The position numbers were made by a program, and so were the translations under genes. The notes under the pieces are model-generated. The model searched no databases, had not been told where the DNA came from, and saw only the letters and a program-made list of their open reading frames with translations. From the human T2T-CHM13v2.0 reference genome, Homo sapiens, in the NCBI RefSeq assembly GCF_009914755.1, contig NC_060928.1: a stretch of 64,000 bases of DNA; one strand, given 5' to 3'. This document shows positions 1-18,649 of this stretch, in pieces; within the stretch, counting starts at the first letter, position 1; the number at the start of each line of letters is the position of its first letter.

Positions 1-91
1 GTCTCAAAAAATAAGAAAATATGTTAGAGATGTCAAAACAAATAAATGATGTTTAAAGTCTCTTCTGTGCTTAAAAGAATAAACCCTTTTT

Positions 92-421
92 CACGGATGC
101 TGTTGGTGCCCCACCCAGATCCCTTCTGTCAGGTGGTGCACTCAGTCCCCATTTGCTGTAAGCTGCTGATGGCCCACAGCTGCCCCTTTCTCTGGAGAAT
201 GGCCTTCTGCCCAATGGGGCTGGCTTCCCAGAGATGTCTGGAAATAGCCTCATCCTTCATTTGCAGCAACGACTGCCTAATACAATAAAGGCTCGGCTCC
301 TTGTTAAGGAAGGTTAATTGTGTGATGTAATTTTTGTTCCAAAGATCCTTCTGAGGCCAAATAAATTCTTACACATGAATTCCTGTCTTAGGCTTTGCTT
401 CTAGAAAACCCAAACGAAGAT
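92..421 (+). mobile_element. LTR16-like ERVL LTR
   Basis: Starts GATGCTGTTGGTGCCCCACCCAGATCCC, ends AATAAA...GCTTTGCTTCTAGAAAACCCAAAC, as in recalled LTR16 consensus. Confidence 0.6.
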
Positions 422-656
422 ACTCTTTAATCAACAAAGAATGTATTAATGCACTCCAGGTGCTATAGGGCAACATTGAAACTTGGTATATTTAATGTTT
501 GACATTTACCATTTCTAATGTCCCTTGAAACTGCCTCTTTGACCCATGACTTGTAAGTGTGTTGCTTAACTTCCTAGTGTTCGTACATTTTCCTGTTATT
601 ATTCTGTTACTGAGTTTTAGATTAATTCCATTGTGGTCAGAAAATACTTTGATTAA

Positions 657-1940
<1,284 letters not shown>

Positions 1941-3037
1941 ATCCCCACCACCATAAGCCCATTTCCTCATAAGCCAAAGTGATAGGATGGGCAGTGATAG
2001 GAGTGACTGAGTGATTGATTCTGACCATCATGGGGAAATTGGTTCTAGATTGCTTCTAGAAAAGCAATCTGCTAATGAAAACTCTTTAGAAAGGAGGAAT
2101 TAAATAAAGCAGCAGTTCAGAAAGGGAAAAAAATAATTGAAAATCCTAAGATAGACATCCTAGGTCAGGAATCTCAATTATATCCCAGAGCAATATTAAG
2201 AGACAGTGAAAAATAAAAGCAAATTATTGAGTATTTGAAAGGAATGAGTGATTAGTTTTATCCCTTAATCTTCTCCCTTTCCTTCTTTTTAAATTCTGAT
2301 CACACCAAAAACATGAACTATGTGTGAGGCATGATAAGGGCATGGTTCACGTCAGGGGACTCCTCAATGTGTCCTGAATGAGCAATGTTAGAAGACCTTG
2401 GCTCTCTGCAAACCCTTCTTGCTTTCTAAATCTGTACTTTCTACTCTCACAATTCCATTTCCACTTTAAATCCTGTGCTACTGTTGCTCTCTTCTTCTCT
2501 CTAGGGGATGGAAAATGAGCTCTGGATTTCTACTTGCTTGTGGTAGCTATTTATTTCAGTTCACAGATGATATTGCTATTGATATAAAAAGTAGCAAGGA
2601 TGCATAAGTCAGCATTTGGTGGCCAATGTTTCATTACGTTCAAGTCAATATTACCTGGTAAAATTATAGTGTATTTGTTATGTGTTACTCAGGTGAGTTT
2701 TCCTAATTAACATTTTCATGTCTGTCACTGATTGATAAACAGTTTTGCTTCTTGCTTGCTAGTAATTGAGAATCAATTCATCAAAATAACTGGTTTGACT
2801 GCATTTCATTAGGAGAGTCAACCATCCATGCCAGTTGATGACTCTTTCATGTGTCTAATACTAACATTTTTAAGTGATGTGACTGGCCTGGGAGTCACAG
2901 TCCTCTGGGTGCCAGTCCCAGCTCTGCCTCTGAGGCTGTGGGGGCACTTCAACCAAAAAAAAAGCAATTGTGATATGTGTAAATCTAATATAATACTGAG
3001 CATATAAAATAACACAGATAGAGATACAATACAGATA

Positions 3038-3072
3038 TGGCAAAAACCATGATTACTTTTACATCAACCTAT
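3038..3072. mobile_element. MADE1 (mariner) half element
   Basis: TGGCAAAAACCATGATTACTTTTACATCAACCTA resembles one Hsmar1/MADE1 TIR. Confidence 0.6.
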
Positions 3073-3586
3073 AGATTTATAAATATAGATGTAGTTAGGC
3101 CCAAAGTTACAAACTTAAAAGATACAAAAGTAACATTCCAGTTAGGGCGTGATGAGTGAAGTCAAAGCATTCTAAAGTCTTTGCATTCATCAGGAAGAGG
3201 ACAAAAATCTCAGTCAATATTGGATTTTAATGAGTCAAGGATGTATGTGCTCTAATTTCTGGGGTAACCACTTAAAAATGTTAAAATGGCAAATAACTTC
3301 CAGATTCATGATGAGTAAGAAACAAATGGAATGATAAAAAAATGCTCAATTTATCCAGACAAATTGGATAAGTAAAAGAAATACTCAAATATATTCCAAA
3401 GAAAGCAAGAAAGGAGAGAAAAAGGAGAAAGGAACAAATAGAACAAATGATCATTAATAAAAAAGATATATTTAAATTCACATGTATCAGAATTACATTA
3501 CATAGAAATGCTCAAATTAAAAGACAAAGATTGTCAGATGGAATAAAAAAATACAACTCTATAAGCTATTTGTAAGATGCCCATCT

Positions 3587-3881
<295 letters not shown>

Positions 3882-5094
3882 GATGCCTATCTAAACTCAT
3901 GGATATAGAAAAGTTGGCAATAAAAGAGTAAAAAGTCTCTTCTTTGGGAATATTTAATAATCATACATTTGTATGCATGTAGTAACATACTCTGAATCCT
4001 ATAAAGCAAAAACTGATGGTACTACAGAGAAATACAAAAGTCATGCGTATTATGGGAGACTTTTACACTTATCTCTCTGTAACTTATAGACAAGCAAACA
4101 AATATTCCAATAAAGATATATAGAAGGTTTGCACATGATCGAAAACTTAATGACACATATAGAACAGAGAATTCATACTCTTTTCAAGTACACATAACAC
4201 ACTTAACAAAATTGACCACATGCTGAGTCACAAAATAAGTTTCAACAAATTTCAAAGGAATGATAGCACACAGAGTATGTTCTCTGACCAGAATGCAGTA
4301 AGAAATCAATTAAATTGATAATTTAAGACCTTCTCACAAAGAAAATACCAGCCTCAAATGACCACTCAGTAAATTCACCTAACATCTAAGGAATAAACAA
4401 TGCTAATATTCACAAATACTTTCAGAGACTAGAAAAGTAGAATTTGTTTTTTGAGGCCAGCCTAACCCTGGTACTAAAAATTGAAAAGGACATTATCAGA
4501 GAGAAAATTTTCAGGCTAGTCTCACTCGGGAGCACAGATGTGTAAATCCTAAACAAAATCCTTGCATACCACATGTATATGTAATAATGCATCATGACCA
4601 AGTGGGTTAATTTCGGGCTAGTTTAGCATTTGAAAATCCATTTGTGTACATCATTAATGTAATTTTCCTGCCCAAAATGTTTAATCTGAATTTAATCATG
4701 AGAAAAATTAAATTCACACTGGCATTTTTCAAAACAACTATCTTAGACTCCTAAAAAATCTCTATGTGATGAAAGAAAAAAAGATAGAAAAATATTCTGG
4801 ATTAAAGGAGAATGAACAGAAGCAACAACTAAATACTATGCGGGATCCTAGAGAGGATTCTGAATTTTTAAAAAAGGCTACAAAGGACATTATTGACACA
4901 ATTTAGGAAATTTAATATAAATTATACATTAGATAATATAACTTAATGTTAAATGTTCCAAATATGATCATTGATTTGTAGGAGAATGCCCTTGTTTTTA
5001 GGGGAGACGAAGAGGAATACTCCTTGTTTTGGGGAGAGACAAAGACCGTGCTCTCCCCTGTGCTGTCCCCTCTGCCATGTTGTCCTGTCTGTCT

Positions 5095-5216
5095 CCTTTT
5101 GTAGAGACAGGGTCTCATTATGCTGCCCAGCCTGGCCTTGAACTCCTGACTCAAGCAATCCTCTCCCCTTCGCCTTCCAAAGTGCTGGGATTACAGGTGT
5201 GAGTCATCACACCTGA
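5095..5216 (-). mobile_element. Alu left monomer (FLAM/AluJ)
   Basis: Left-arm consensus. Confidence 0.8.
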
Positions 5217-5329
5217 TCCCAAAGAGAAATATTTAGGGATAAATTGCCTTGATGTCTGCAACTAAATCTCAAATAGCTCAGCCAAAAACAAATCTCAAAT
5301 GGTTCTAATGGCTGAGCCAAAACCCAAAC

Positions 5330-5372
5330 TGTGTGTGTGTGTGTGTGTGTGTGTGCGTACACGTGTGTGTAC
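5330..5372. repeat. (TG)n microsatellite
   Basis: Seen directly. Confidence 0.9.
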
Positions 5373-5797
5373 ATAGATAGTAAAGCAAGTGGGGCAAAAT
5401 ATGAACAATTGGTGAATTCAGGTGAAGGATATGATGTGAAACTTCACTGAAGCTTTGAAATTTTTTAGCATAAAAACTTGGAGAAAAATATATAGAAAAA
5501 AATTTATAAGGATTTTCCTGGAGAAGGAAAAATTTAAATAACAAAATGTAAAATGGCTACTGATGTGAAGGAAATTAACAATTAAAATAAGGTGATAATG
5601 TAAAGTGACTTTAAGAGAATGCACAATGAAAAGGAATTCCTCAAAGAGGACTGAAAGCATTGATGGTCAGAAAAAGATCACGTGCTTTAAAAAGAAGAAA
5701 GAGAAAATCAGTATAGTCACCACATGTACAGAAGAAGGAAGAAGTCATATCATCCTTTAAATAGATACACACATCCTTTGATAAAATTTATCATTCA

Positions 5798-6020
<223 letters not shown>

Positions 6021-6389
6021 ACTTTCTAAATACCAAGAACAGTCAGAAAATGGAATTTTTAAAAGGATACCATTTGCAATGGTACCATAATCTGTCAAGT
6101 ACCTCTAAATAAAACTAACCAAATGTAGACCCATCAAGGCATAGATTCTTTCTTTCAGAAAATTGGAGAGCATCCTGGATTTTCCTTGCCTCTACTTCAG
6201 CTTGACGTCCTATCTTGGATATTGAGAATATTTTTTTTCTTGCTCTCCCTGAAAAAATATCCCTCCACCCTCTTCACAAAGTGCCCTGTTTAAAGCCTGC
6301 TTAAGTGCTTGCCTGTACTGCCCCAAAGAGAGCCTTATATTCTTAGTCAAGTGAATGCGTGCCTTGTTGGAGGACGTGAGCAGGAAAAT

Positions 6390-9110
6390 TCACTGCTCCT
6401 CAAGGCTTCACTAATCAAGACCACCTATGTCATTTCCGCAGCCCCTGAATGCATGATTGGGATGGACACACAGACACTCCCTAACATACCATTGTTCGCT
6501 TGGAATTCTTTCACTTTACAGTGGTGTGAAAGCGATACTCATTCAGTACAAATTGTACTTCAAATTTTGAATTTTGATCTTTTCCTGGGCTAGTGCTATG
6601 TCATAGGATACTCTCTTGTGATTCTGGGCAGTGGCAACGAGCCGCAGCTCCCAGACAGCCATGGCATCACAAGGATAAACAAGTGAGATCTACAGTGTAT
6701 TGTGCTGCCTGATGACTGTGCCCCCCTGCAGGCTAATGGAAGTCCTCCGAGTATGGTTAAGGGAGGCTGAACTAAGCTATGATGTTCAGTAGGTTAGGTG
6801 TATTAAGTGCATTTTTGACAGAATATTTTCAACTTACTATGTGTTTATTGGGAGGTCACACCATCATAAGTTGAGGAGCATCCGTACTTGGCAGTTGGAG
6901 TAACCCCCAAGTCCTTGGCCTGTGGAATAAGAGCTATCATGGTCGGGTAGGCAAGGTTGGAGCACCTGAAGCTACCTCTCCACATTCCTGTTCCCCCATC
7001 AACCAAGATGATAAATCAAAGACAACATCACATTCTAGGGAGTTGATGGGGAAGACTAGTGCCACTCTTAAAATTCTAAAGGATGCAGGAGTGGTGGTTT
7101 CTATTCCTCATCACATCTCTCCATTAGCCAGTAGGGCACAGAGACTAGATGACAGTTATGGAGAATGACTGCATATTATTGCAAATTCAGCCAAGCAGTA
7201 GCCCCAGTTACAGCTGCAGTGCCAGGCGCAGTATTGTTGCCAGGGCAAATTAGTAAGACCTCACCTACACGATATATGGCTGTTAAATGGGGGGAATTTA
7301 CTTATTTTTAAGCTAATCACAAAAGAAAATCAGAAATAATTTGCATTCCTATGGAATGGACAATATTATTTACACTTTTGTCTTAGAGCTATGCTAATTC
7401 TCCTGCCCTCTGTCATAATAATCTGAACAGATTCAAACTATCTGAGCATCCTGCAGAGTATCACAGTGATCCATTATGCTGATGACATCATGCTGACTCA
7501 GCAGGAGGAGTAAGAGGTGCTCCTCAGTATGACCCAGTACACTGGAGGCCTGGGTAAAACAAGCATGCTGGAGAGGGTGGGAGATAAACCCTATGAAGAT
7601 GCAGAGTCCTGCCATTTTGGTAAAATAGATGGTGGCTGCTTTCTAGCCACACTCAGTGGTGGCCTTGAAAGAGCAGCAATGAAAAATCTTCCCATTGGCA
7701 GCACTTTGAGTAGCACACTTGGTCATCCACCTTGTGTGGAAGGAGGAGTAAGGTGCATATATATATGGAGTTATGAGCAGTGGTGAATGGCCTGGCTAGC
7801 TAGCCAGGACTCTGAATGTACTAGAATACCTGAGACAAAGGAGATATGGGATAGAGGCATATAAATCGGTATAGGGAGTAAATACTACTTGTTATTTTTG
7901 TATCACATGTAATGTCCATTAAGAAGTGTCCACCCCGGAAGAGAGACTGAACAACAAAGTAGGCAAAATGACTTGACTGGTTGACATTAGCCAGTTTTTG
8001 TCACCAGCCACCCCACAACAGGCACAATGGACTCATGAACAAAGTGGACACAGTGGCAGAGATGGAGGCCATGCAAGGAACAACAGCACGGACTCCCACT
8101 TACCAAGACACTTTTAAATATTGGCCCCTGGCATAGCTAATCTACTCACAGCAGAGAACAACACTGAGCCTCCAATATGACACTATTCCTTGAGGAAACC
8201 GATCAGCCACTCGGCGGCAAGTTGACTTTATTGAGCCCCTTTCATCCTGGAGGAGCCAGAGATTTGTTCCCACAGGAACAGAGTGCCTGATGCACAGGCA
8301 CAGAATCCCATAAATCAGATTGTCCAAAGAGCAGAGCCACACTATAGTGAAGATGTGCAGGAGTGGGCCCGTGCCCATGAGATTGACTGGTTGTATTACA
8401 CTCTCACCCTCCAGAGGCAGCCAGGTTGGTAGAATTGAAGTATACTACTGGAGGTGCAGTTGAGGCACCAGCTCAGGGGCAATTGTCTGCAAGCATGGGG
8501 TGCCATCCTTCAGGATGCAGTAGCTGCACTGAATCAGAGATTTCCATGTGCCACTGGGTCTCCAATATGATCCTGGATCCAAGAGGCAAAATCTGGCAGT
8601 GGCCCCACTTACCTTCAGTGACTCACTGGAGAATTTTATTCTCTTCATCCCTGCAACTTTGGGGGGGTTGGAGGCCCTGGTCCGGTAAGGGGGTGCACTT
8701 TTGCCAAAGGAAAAAGCAAGTGTATTGTTAAACTATAAGTTAGGACTGACACCTGAGCACCTTTGACTCCTTATGTCTAGGGAGCAGCAGGAGCCCCTGT
8801 GTTGGCAGGGTTAATTGACCATGATCAGCAGGTAGGTAAGGCTGCTGTTCCACAGTAGGGGCAGGAAGGATATGTGTGGAACCCAGAGGACACATTTTTG
8901 GTGTCCTTCGTGCCCCTTGTCTAATTGTAGCTGTGAATGGACAAATATAGCAGCCCTGGCCCAAGAAGGGCATGGTCACCAGGGCTCAGACTCCTTAGGA
9001 ATGAAGATTGGTGCATGTCCAGATGAGCAGAACTGTTAGCTGAGGGTGAGTGGAATTTCAATCGTGGACAAGGGACATGATGAGTCCAGTTGTGGCCCTG
9101 GGATTATTTG
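6390..9110 (+). mobile_element. Degenerate ERVL-class internal region (protease/RT/integrase remnants)
   Basis: VISAAPECMIGMD protease-like; CATTATGCTGATGACATCATGCTG = HYADDIML (RT YxDD) at about 7472-7495; QVDFIEPLSSWRSQRFV integrase-like at about 8218; many stops and frameshifts. Confidence 0.75.
6471..6884 (-). mobile_element. Tigger4/MER46-like DNA transposon nested in ERVL pol
   Basis: Degenerate TIRs CAGACACTCCCTAAC / GTTGAGGAGCATCCG; ERVL sequence resumes after it. Confidence 0.65.
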
Positions 9111-9707
9111 CATGTCTGGGGTCCGAGAGGACCACGCTGACACAGCCTTGATTTTGACACCATGGAAACAAGGCAGCTACCTGAAACCTCACTCACAAGT
9201 GGTATGTCTGTTGTATTCAGGAAGGAGTCATTTCTTTCTATATCTTCCTTCCTTATTATAAAAACCTAAATTATAGGTAATAAAGAAGAGTGGAGTATGT
9301 CAAAAAGTAAAGCCTTAGTTTTCAATTATTTTCCACTTGGAGAACTCATAACACAGGTATGAGGCTTTCTCCTTCCTCCCCCTCTCTTGCATATAATAAC
9401 AACTCCGATAAGAGGCGGTGGGCACTCTCTGAGCATGCTAACAAAATATGCTCACAGGAGTGTCAATCTGTGAAAGGTCTGATTATCTCAAAATGCTCTT
9501 GCTCCCTAGGAGCAAACCATAGAGACCTCTCTTCCATCTCCTCCTCACCAGTTCCTGGCAACCAACCTCAGCATTATCCAACGGGGATCCAGAGTCACAA
9601 GTGTAGTTTTAGGAGCAAAAAGTGTTTAACAATAAGACCCTGCATTTTTATGATGAACTCAGGAAGGAAGCTTTTTACAATGAATTTTCCTCTCAACCTC
9701 TTCCTTA

Positions 9708-10095
<388 letters not shown>

Positions 10096-10265
10096 TTATT
10101 AGAAAGGCAATAGAGAGATAATGAGAAAAATCAACCCTGAAATTCAAATTTCTTCCAGTTCGGTCTATTAGCCTCCGAATGAACCTCTCATGGCAGCATC
10201 ATGTAACTAAGGGATCCTTGATGTCCTACTTTCCTCCAACTTCCTTTTGCCAGTGCCGGGCTAGA

Positions 10266-10268
<3 letters not shown>

Positions 10269-10314
<46 letters not shown>

Positions 10315-10331
10315 CACGCGTGCACGTGCAC
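10269..10331. repeat. (TG)n(CG)n alternating purine-pyrimidine tract
   Basis: Seen directly. Confidence 0.95.
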
Positions 10332-10426
10332 TCATGTGCTCCTGCTTGAGTACATGCAGGGGGTGGGCATAAGTGATGATAAACTTGATGGTAAGAGGAA
10401 GATGATTGGTTAAAAGAAGATTTCTT

Positions 10427-10705
<279 letters not shown>

Positions 10706-11054
10706 AGATAATTTCTTACCTGACAGGTAAATGACTTGGTTTGGGTGATACAATCCGTGAATAGACAAAGCAGAAGTCTCCTGACTCTGAATGCCCTGCT
10801 TCAGCTACTGCTGCTGTTCCAGAAACGTCTTTATGCGTGTATTTCTGTGTATATTCCTTGTTCCCTTCTCAATCCCCACGGGATGGTGATTAACCAAGTT
10901 CCTTGCTAGAGGCCTGAATTATTCTATCACTTTTTAATATTTGCTGTTTGTGATTTTTTTCTGAATGACTTTGCTTTTACCATCCCAACCCTTAATATTC
11001 CCTGCAAAGGGTAGGTAAACACTTTTCTAGTAATTTTTTTTGTTTACATCATAT

Positions 11055-11065
11055 TTTATTTTATT
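11055..11065 (-). terminator. Tandem AATAAA poly(A) signals, probable main 3' end of ETNPPL
   Basis: Plus-strand TTTATTTTATT = two overlapping AATAAA on the minus strand, about 415 nt after the stop codon. Confidence 0.65.
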
Positions 11066-11477
11066 ACAGTCAATAAATATACTTTTATATATGAAATCAT
11101 TATAGAATACATATTTTAAGGCACTAAGTCTCAAAAGTGAAGGCACCTGTTATACTTTGCTCTCTAATTTGACACATTAAAACATGAGAGGTAAATCTGC
11201 CAATTTATTTTGAGTTTGCAAGCTTACAATTTAATAGAATAAATCAGGTAGCTTCAGAAATCAACTAAGAAAATTAACAGGCTAGAGTCTGAACTAATAA
11301 TCTTGACATGGTTTGATTATCACTTGGTTTATTCTGATTACTCATTTACCTTTTCATTTATGAATCTAAACTGACAATTCCACCTTTAGAGGTATAATAG
11401 AGCTATTAACCGATGAGACACATCTACTCATTCTCTGTAACTCTGGACATCGCATCTTGCTTTAAAATGCAAATCAG

Positions 11478-11807
<330 letters not shown>

Positions 11808-12746
11808 TCAACTTTTCATAAAATGTGTGCCAACTTTGCTAACCCTAAAGTGGGATTTCTTGTGCTGAACACTTCTTTTGTTTTGTTTTGTTTCATTTGC
11901 AGGACTCTTTAATGCTTGGGGAACCAGTGGTTACAGCTGTGATTCTTAGACTTGATAAACTGTTCTTGACATCAAAGAATAATTGATTCCTATAATTGGT
12001 TTGTGTTGTTAGACGAAACAGAAGCCATGCTGTTAGCGAATCACTTGCTCTCATTCAAACAGCCTGATGATTTTAATCATGAAAAAAGACTTTGCTGACT
12101 CCATTGGATGCGCAGGCGGGCTCGAGGCACTGAGTGTTCCTTTATGCATCGAACTCATAAACAAATAACAAATTATGCAACAAAGCCTCTCAAGTTTTTG
12201 CCTTTCTGTTTCCCAGCCCAGGGTGCTCTTTCTCACACCCTGGGCAGCTCAGGAGAGAATGGCAAGGCCCTCTGCTGGAAGCACATCAAATGCAGAAACT
12301 AGGCCAGGCAATGCCAGACAGTTCCCAGGCCCCACTGCCATTCGAAGCTTACGCTTTAGTTCGTTTTAGAACCAAACTCTGGCACTTCAGAACCTCCCTA
12401 CTAATGCTTCTGCTGATTGTAAAGTCAGTGTGTGAGAATCGGAGGCAGTGTCAGGCAGCCCTCAGGAAAAGCAGGAAGGAGGTTAGGCCGTTTTAATTCT
12501 CTCTATATATATTTTATAGGCCCTCTTTGCAGGCCCACAAGGCTGTTTTTGGAATGGGAATGATCCTGTAAGAATGGTTCTTTGGCTTTTGATGCGTCAA
12601 ATGATGTGACACTTGCTGTGGAAATTTAATTGTGCACTCAAAATTGCAACAATAAGCGAACCTAATACAGGCTGGCATTGTTCTAATGGTCACTGCACAA
12701 TTTTTTGAAAATTTGTATTCCTTTTTTAAACATTCCCCAAATTTTA

Positions 12747-12956
<210 letters not shown>

Positions 12957-12974
12957 TTATGTGTTAAAAGAATG

Positions 12975-13358
<384 letters not shown>

Positions 13359-13708
13359 TCATTCACTTTATTCAAAGGAAATTCTTCTGGCCCACTATTA
13401 ATAACACTCAAGCTCTGAGTTGATGCAGACATAGAGTGACAGATTGCCCCAAGCCACAAGCCACACTCTCTCCTCTACCCTGCCCTATGGGATCAAAGGA
13501 CACATCTGCTTGTGAGGAATGCTTGCCAGGTCTGGGTGTGAGCATGCTCTCTGAGTCCAAAGACAGTGACCCTATTATTAATAACTTATGTGGACTCTCA
13601 AGTTTCCAAACATTCACTATTCATATCTATTTTGTATGCTATATTGATTCCTAGCTTCTTGGCTTTATCCTAACCCCAGAAGGCTGAGAAGCAAGTAGAG
13701 AAGTTGAA

Positions 13709-14025
13709 ATTTTTTTTTTTTTTTTTTTTTTGGAGACAGGGTCTTACTCTGTCACCCAGGCTGAAGTGTAGTGGCACGGCTCACTGCAACCTCTGCCTTG
13801 CAGTCTCAAGTAATACTCCCACCTCAGCCAAGTCCCAAGTAGTTGGAACTACAGGCGCACGCACCACCATGTCCGGCTAATTTTTGTATTTTATTTTTTG
13901 TAGAGACAACCTTTCACCGTGTTGCCCAGGCTAGTCTCCAGCTCCTGAGCTATCCTGATCTCAAGTCAAGCAATTTGCTTACCTTGGCCTCTGGGATCTT
14001 ATAGGCATGTGCTGCCATGCTGGCC
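13709..14025 (-). mobile_element. Alu (J-type)
   Basis: Alu consensus. Confidence 0.9.
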
Positions 14026-14308
14026 TGAATTGTAAAAATATAACTAAAGCAAAAACGACAATATCTATCATTTTTATCATGATATGCTCTTCAACATGGT
14101 TTTACAGTGCTAATTTACTTTCTAATCCAATGTATGTTCATAACAAAAAAATAAATTAACCTAGTTGCATAATATAGGTAAACAAGATATATTTTTATGA
14201 TAGACTATAATTCTGAATAACAAAAGTCCTCAAAAGTTAAATAGTAAAAGATTTTCAATATTTTAAATATTTTTAAAGAAAAAAGCAAAAGAAAAAAATA
14301 AAAATTAA

Positions 14309-15034
<726 letters not shown>

Positions 15035-15375
15035 TCACACAATGCTGAAATACTATATACTGTAGTATTTGTGGTCCATGGCACAATGCAGACATGCACT
15101 TTTAAATATGCTAGTCTAAAGTAAAAATAAATGACAAAACTATGTTCTTTCAGCAAAAACTTATATTTGGAGTTATATGAATACAAACTGAAAATTTCAA
15201 TTTAAGAGTCCATGTAGTTACTTTTCAGCTATCTTTTTCTAGTCCTAAATGGAAAGTTACACATTTATTTCTGCCCTGCCTCACTTCCATCATGAATAAC
15301 AAGATGCATATGCTCATTATGACTAGACCAGGGTTTGAGGGGTGGGTTTGGGAGAGGGAACAAGAAGACATCTTA

Positions 15376-15603
<228 letters not shown>

Positions 15604-15754
15604 TTAAGTATTCTGCATTTAAGAAGCCCACATTATAAATAGGATGTATTTAAACTTTCCTTTTTCAGAGGGATGGGAGGAAGTCAAGCAAGCTTTCAAG
15701 TGGGTAGGCATCCTGCAGCCAAGATACCAAACAGGTGGGTGTGGGGGTGAATTA

Positions 15755-15943
<189 letters not shown>

Positions 15944-16117
15944 TTAATTCTAACTAAATCAAGATACCAATCTATGTTCACAGTTGTTTCTACTTTTGGA
16001 AATAAATTAGTTTTTGTCATCCAGTTTTCTTTTCTCAATTATAAAAGAAAATGGCTTAAAAACAACCCTTTCATGCTATTTAGTTTCTCAGGATGTTAAT
16101 GATGATAAATGTTAACA

Positions 16118-16118
16118 T

Positions 16119-16149
<31 letters not shown>

Positions 16150-16201
16150 TATATATATTATATATATATATATAATATATATATATATTATATATATATA
16201 T
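16118..16201. repeat. Interrupted (TA)n tract
   Basis: Seen directly. Confidence 0.95.
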
Positions 16202-16397
16202 GTCAGTATTTCATACATATATATGAAAAATATCCAGCTTTTCAGAATAGCATTTTAAATAATTTTCAATAAATTATTTAGAGCTACATTAAGTTCCTTC
16301 TTTTCATCTTTTGGGTGCTGACATTATCCTAACTTTATTAAAAAAGTATAAAAGCCAGGAAAGACATATACCCAAATGTTTTTTTATTGTTGTTGGT

Positions 16398-16533
16398 TTA
16401 TTTATTTATTTTATAGAAACAAGGTTTCTTGTTATGTTGCCCAGGCTGGTCTCAAACTCCTGGGCTCAAGCAATATTCCTGCCTCTGCCTCCCAAGGTGC
16501 TGGGATTACAGATGTGAACCACCACATCCGGCC
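16398..16533 (-). mobile_element. Alu left monomer (FLAM)
   Basis: Left-arm consensus. Confidence 0.8.
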
Positions 16534-16669
16534 CCACCCAAATGTTAACAGTGGTGATATCTGGATTCTGGAATAAGAATAATTTTTGCTATCTCTCTTT
16601 TTTGGTGTTTTCCAGATTTAGTTTTATGTACTTTATTATAAACTTACAAGATAAAATATAAACTATTAT

Positions 16670-16894
<225 letters not shown>

Positions 16895-16913
16895 TGAAAA
16901 AAATGAGTAACTA

Positions 16914-17150
<237 letters not shown>

Positions 17151-17867
17151 TCATCCATGAGAAATTTGGCTCATACATACATAAGTGAAGATATAATTTA
17201 AATAAAATGTTCTCTTATAATATTAGTTTCTCATATTTAGAATAGAGCATGATTCTATATATTCAGGACTGAGTGAAAATTCATTCTAAATTATATTATC
17301 CAAGCTGCATAACTGGTATGAAGGACTACCAGTGATTTTATTTGCTCATCCAAACAAAAGCAGACATTATGTTGGGAGTTCAGGATTTCATAGTGTTGCC
17401 CAGTGAGGGAAATAGGGGTTTCTGCCCTTGAAGAGCTGAGTAAAAGTAGCTAAGCAATGACATTTTCCCCAAGCAATTTATGTCCTCAGATTTGAATCTT
17501 ACTTTTAGCTGTAACAAGTCGTATTATATATACTGAACAAACTACAATAATTTTTCCAAGCTTAAAGCTTATGGGGATAAGTCAAAAAAATATAATATCC
17601 CAAAGATAAAAATTTAGTATCTCTTATGACAGCTGTATAACATTTATAGTACTGAGTCATAAAAATACTTTAAAAGTGTTTTGGAAATTTAAGTATGATA
17701 TGAAACAAAGAAATGAAAATATCATAACCTGTAGAATTTAGCAGGGCAACCATCTATCATTGGAAAAATTAATAAGCCTGTTTTAGGACAGGTAAAGATA
17801 CACAAGCAGAAATACAAGGAGCATTTTGTCAGACAGAATAAAATCTGGTTAGATAAAAGTTTGGCCA

Positions 17868-17997
17868 TATCTAATGCATGTGGGACTTAAAATCTAGATG
17901 ACGGGTTGATAGGTGCAGCAAACCACCATGGCACATGTATACCTATGTAACAAACCTGCACATTCTACTCATGTATCCCAGAACTTAAAGTATAATT
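17868..17997 (+). mobile_element. L1PA 3' end fragment
   Basis: GGTGCAGCAAACCACCATGGCACATGTATACCTATGTAACAAACCTGCAC...GAACTTAAAGTATAAT. Confidence 0.9.
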
Positions 17998-18150
17998 TTA
18001 TATATATATGTAAGTATTTAAGATGTTTTATTAAAATAAGAAAAAACTTTGGCCAGAGTTCTGGGTGGTTAGCCGGCAATACTGAGCTTTATTCTTTACT
18101 ACATTGGCAAAAAATATAAGAACATGCATTATTTTTCCTTCTTAGCATTA

Positions 18151-18417
<267 letters not shown>

Positions 18418-18649
18418 CTAATGCCTTCAGGTCACTGAGATCCCCAAACCCACCCACAAAGATGCAAATTATTGAAGACAAAAAAAAAAAGTTGTTAACC
18501 TGAAGCCTTAATTTTTCTTAAAAAACATTTCAGTACTCTAAACCCCACATAAATGTCATTGACTTTACAATATAATCACATAATTTTTAGATTAGATATA
18601 TTCCATACCAGTTGGGTTTGTGCTACTTAAAGTAAGCTATATTGCAGTA

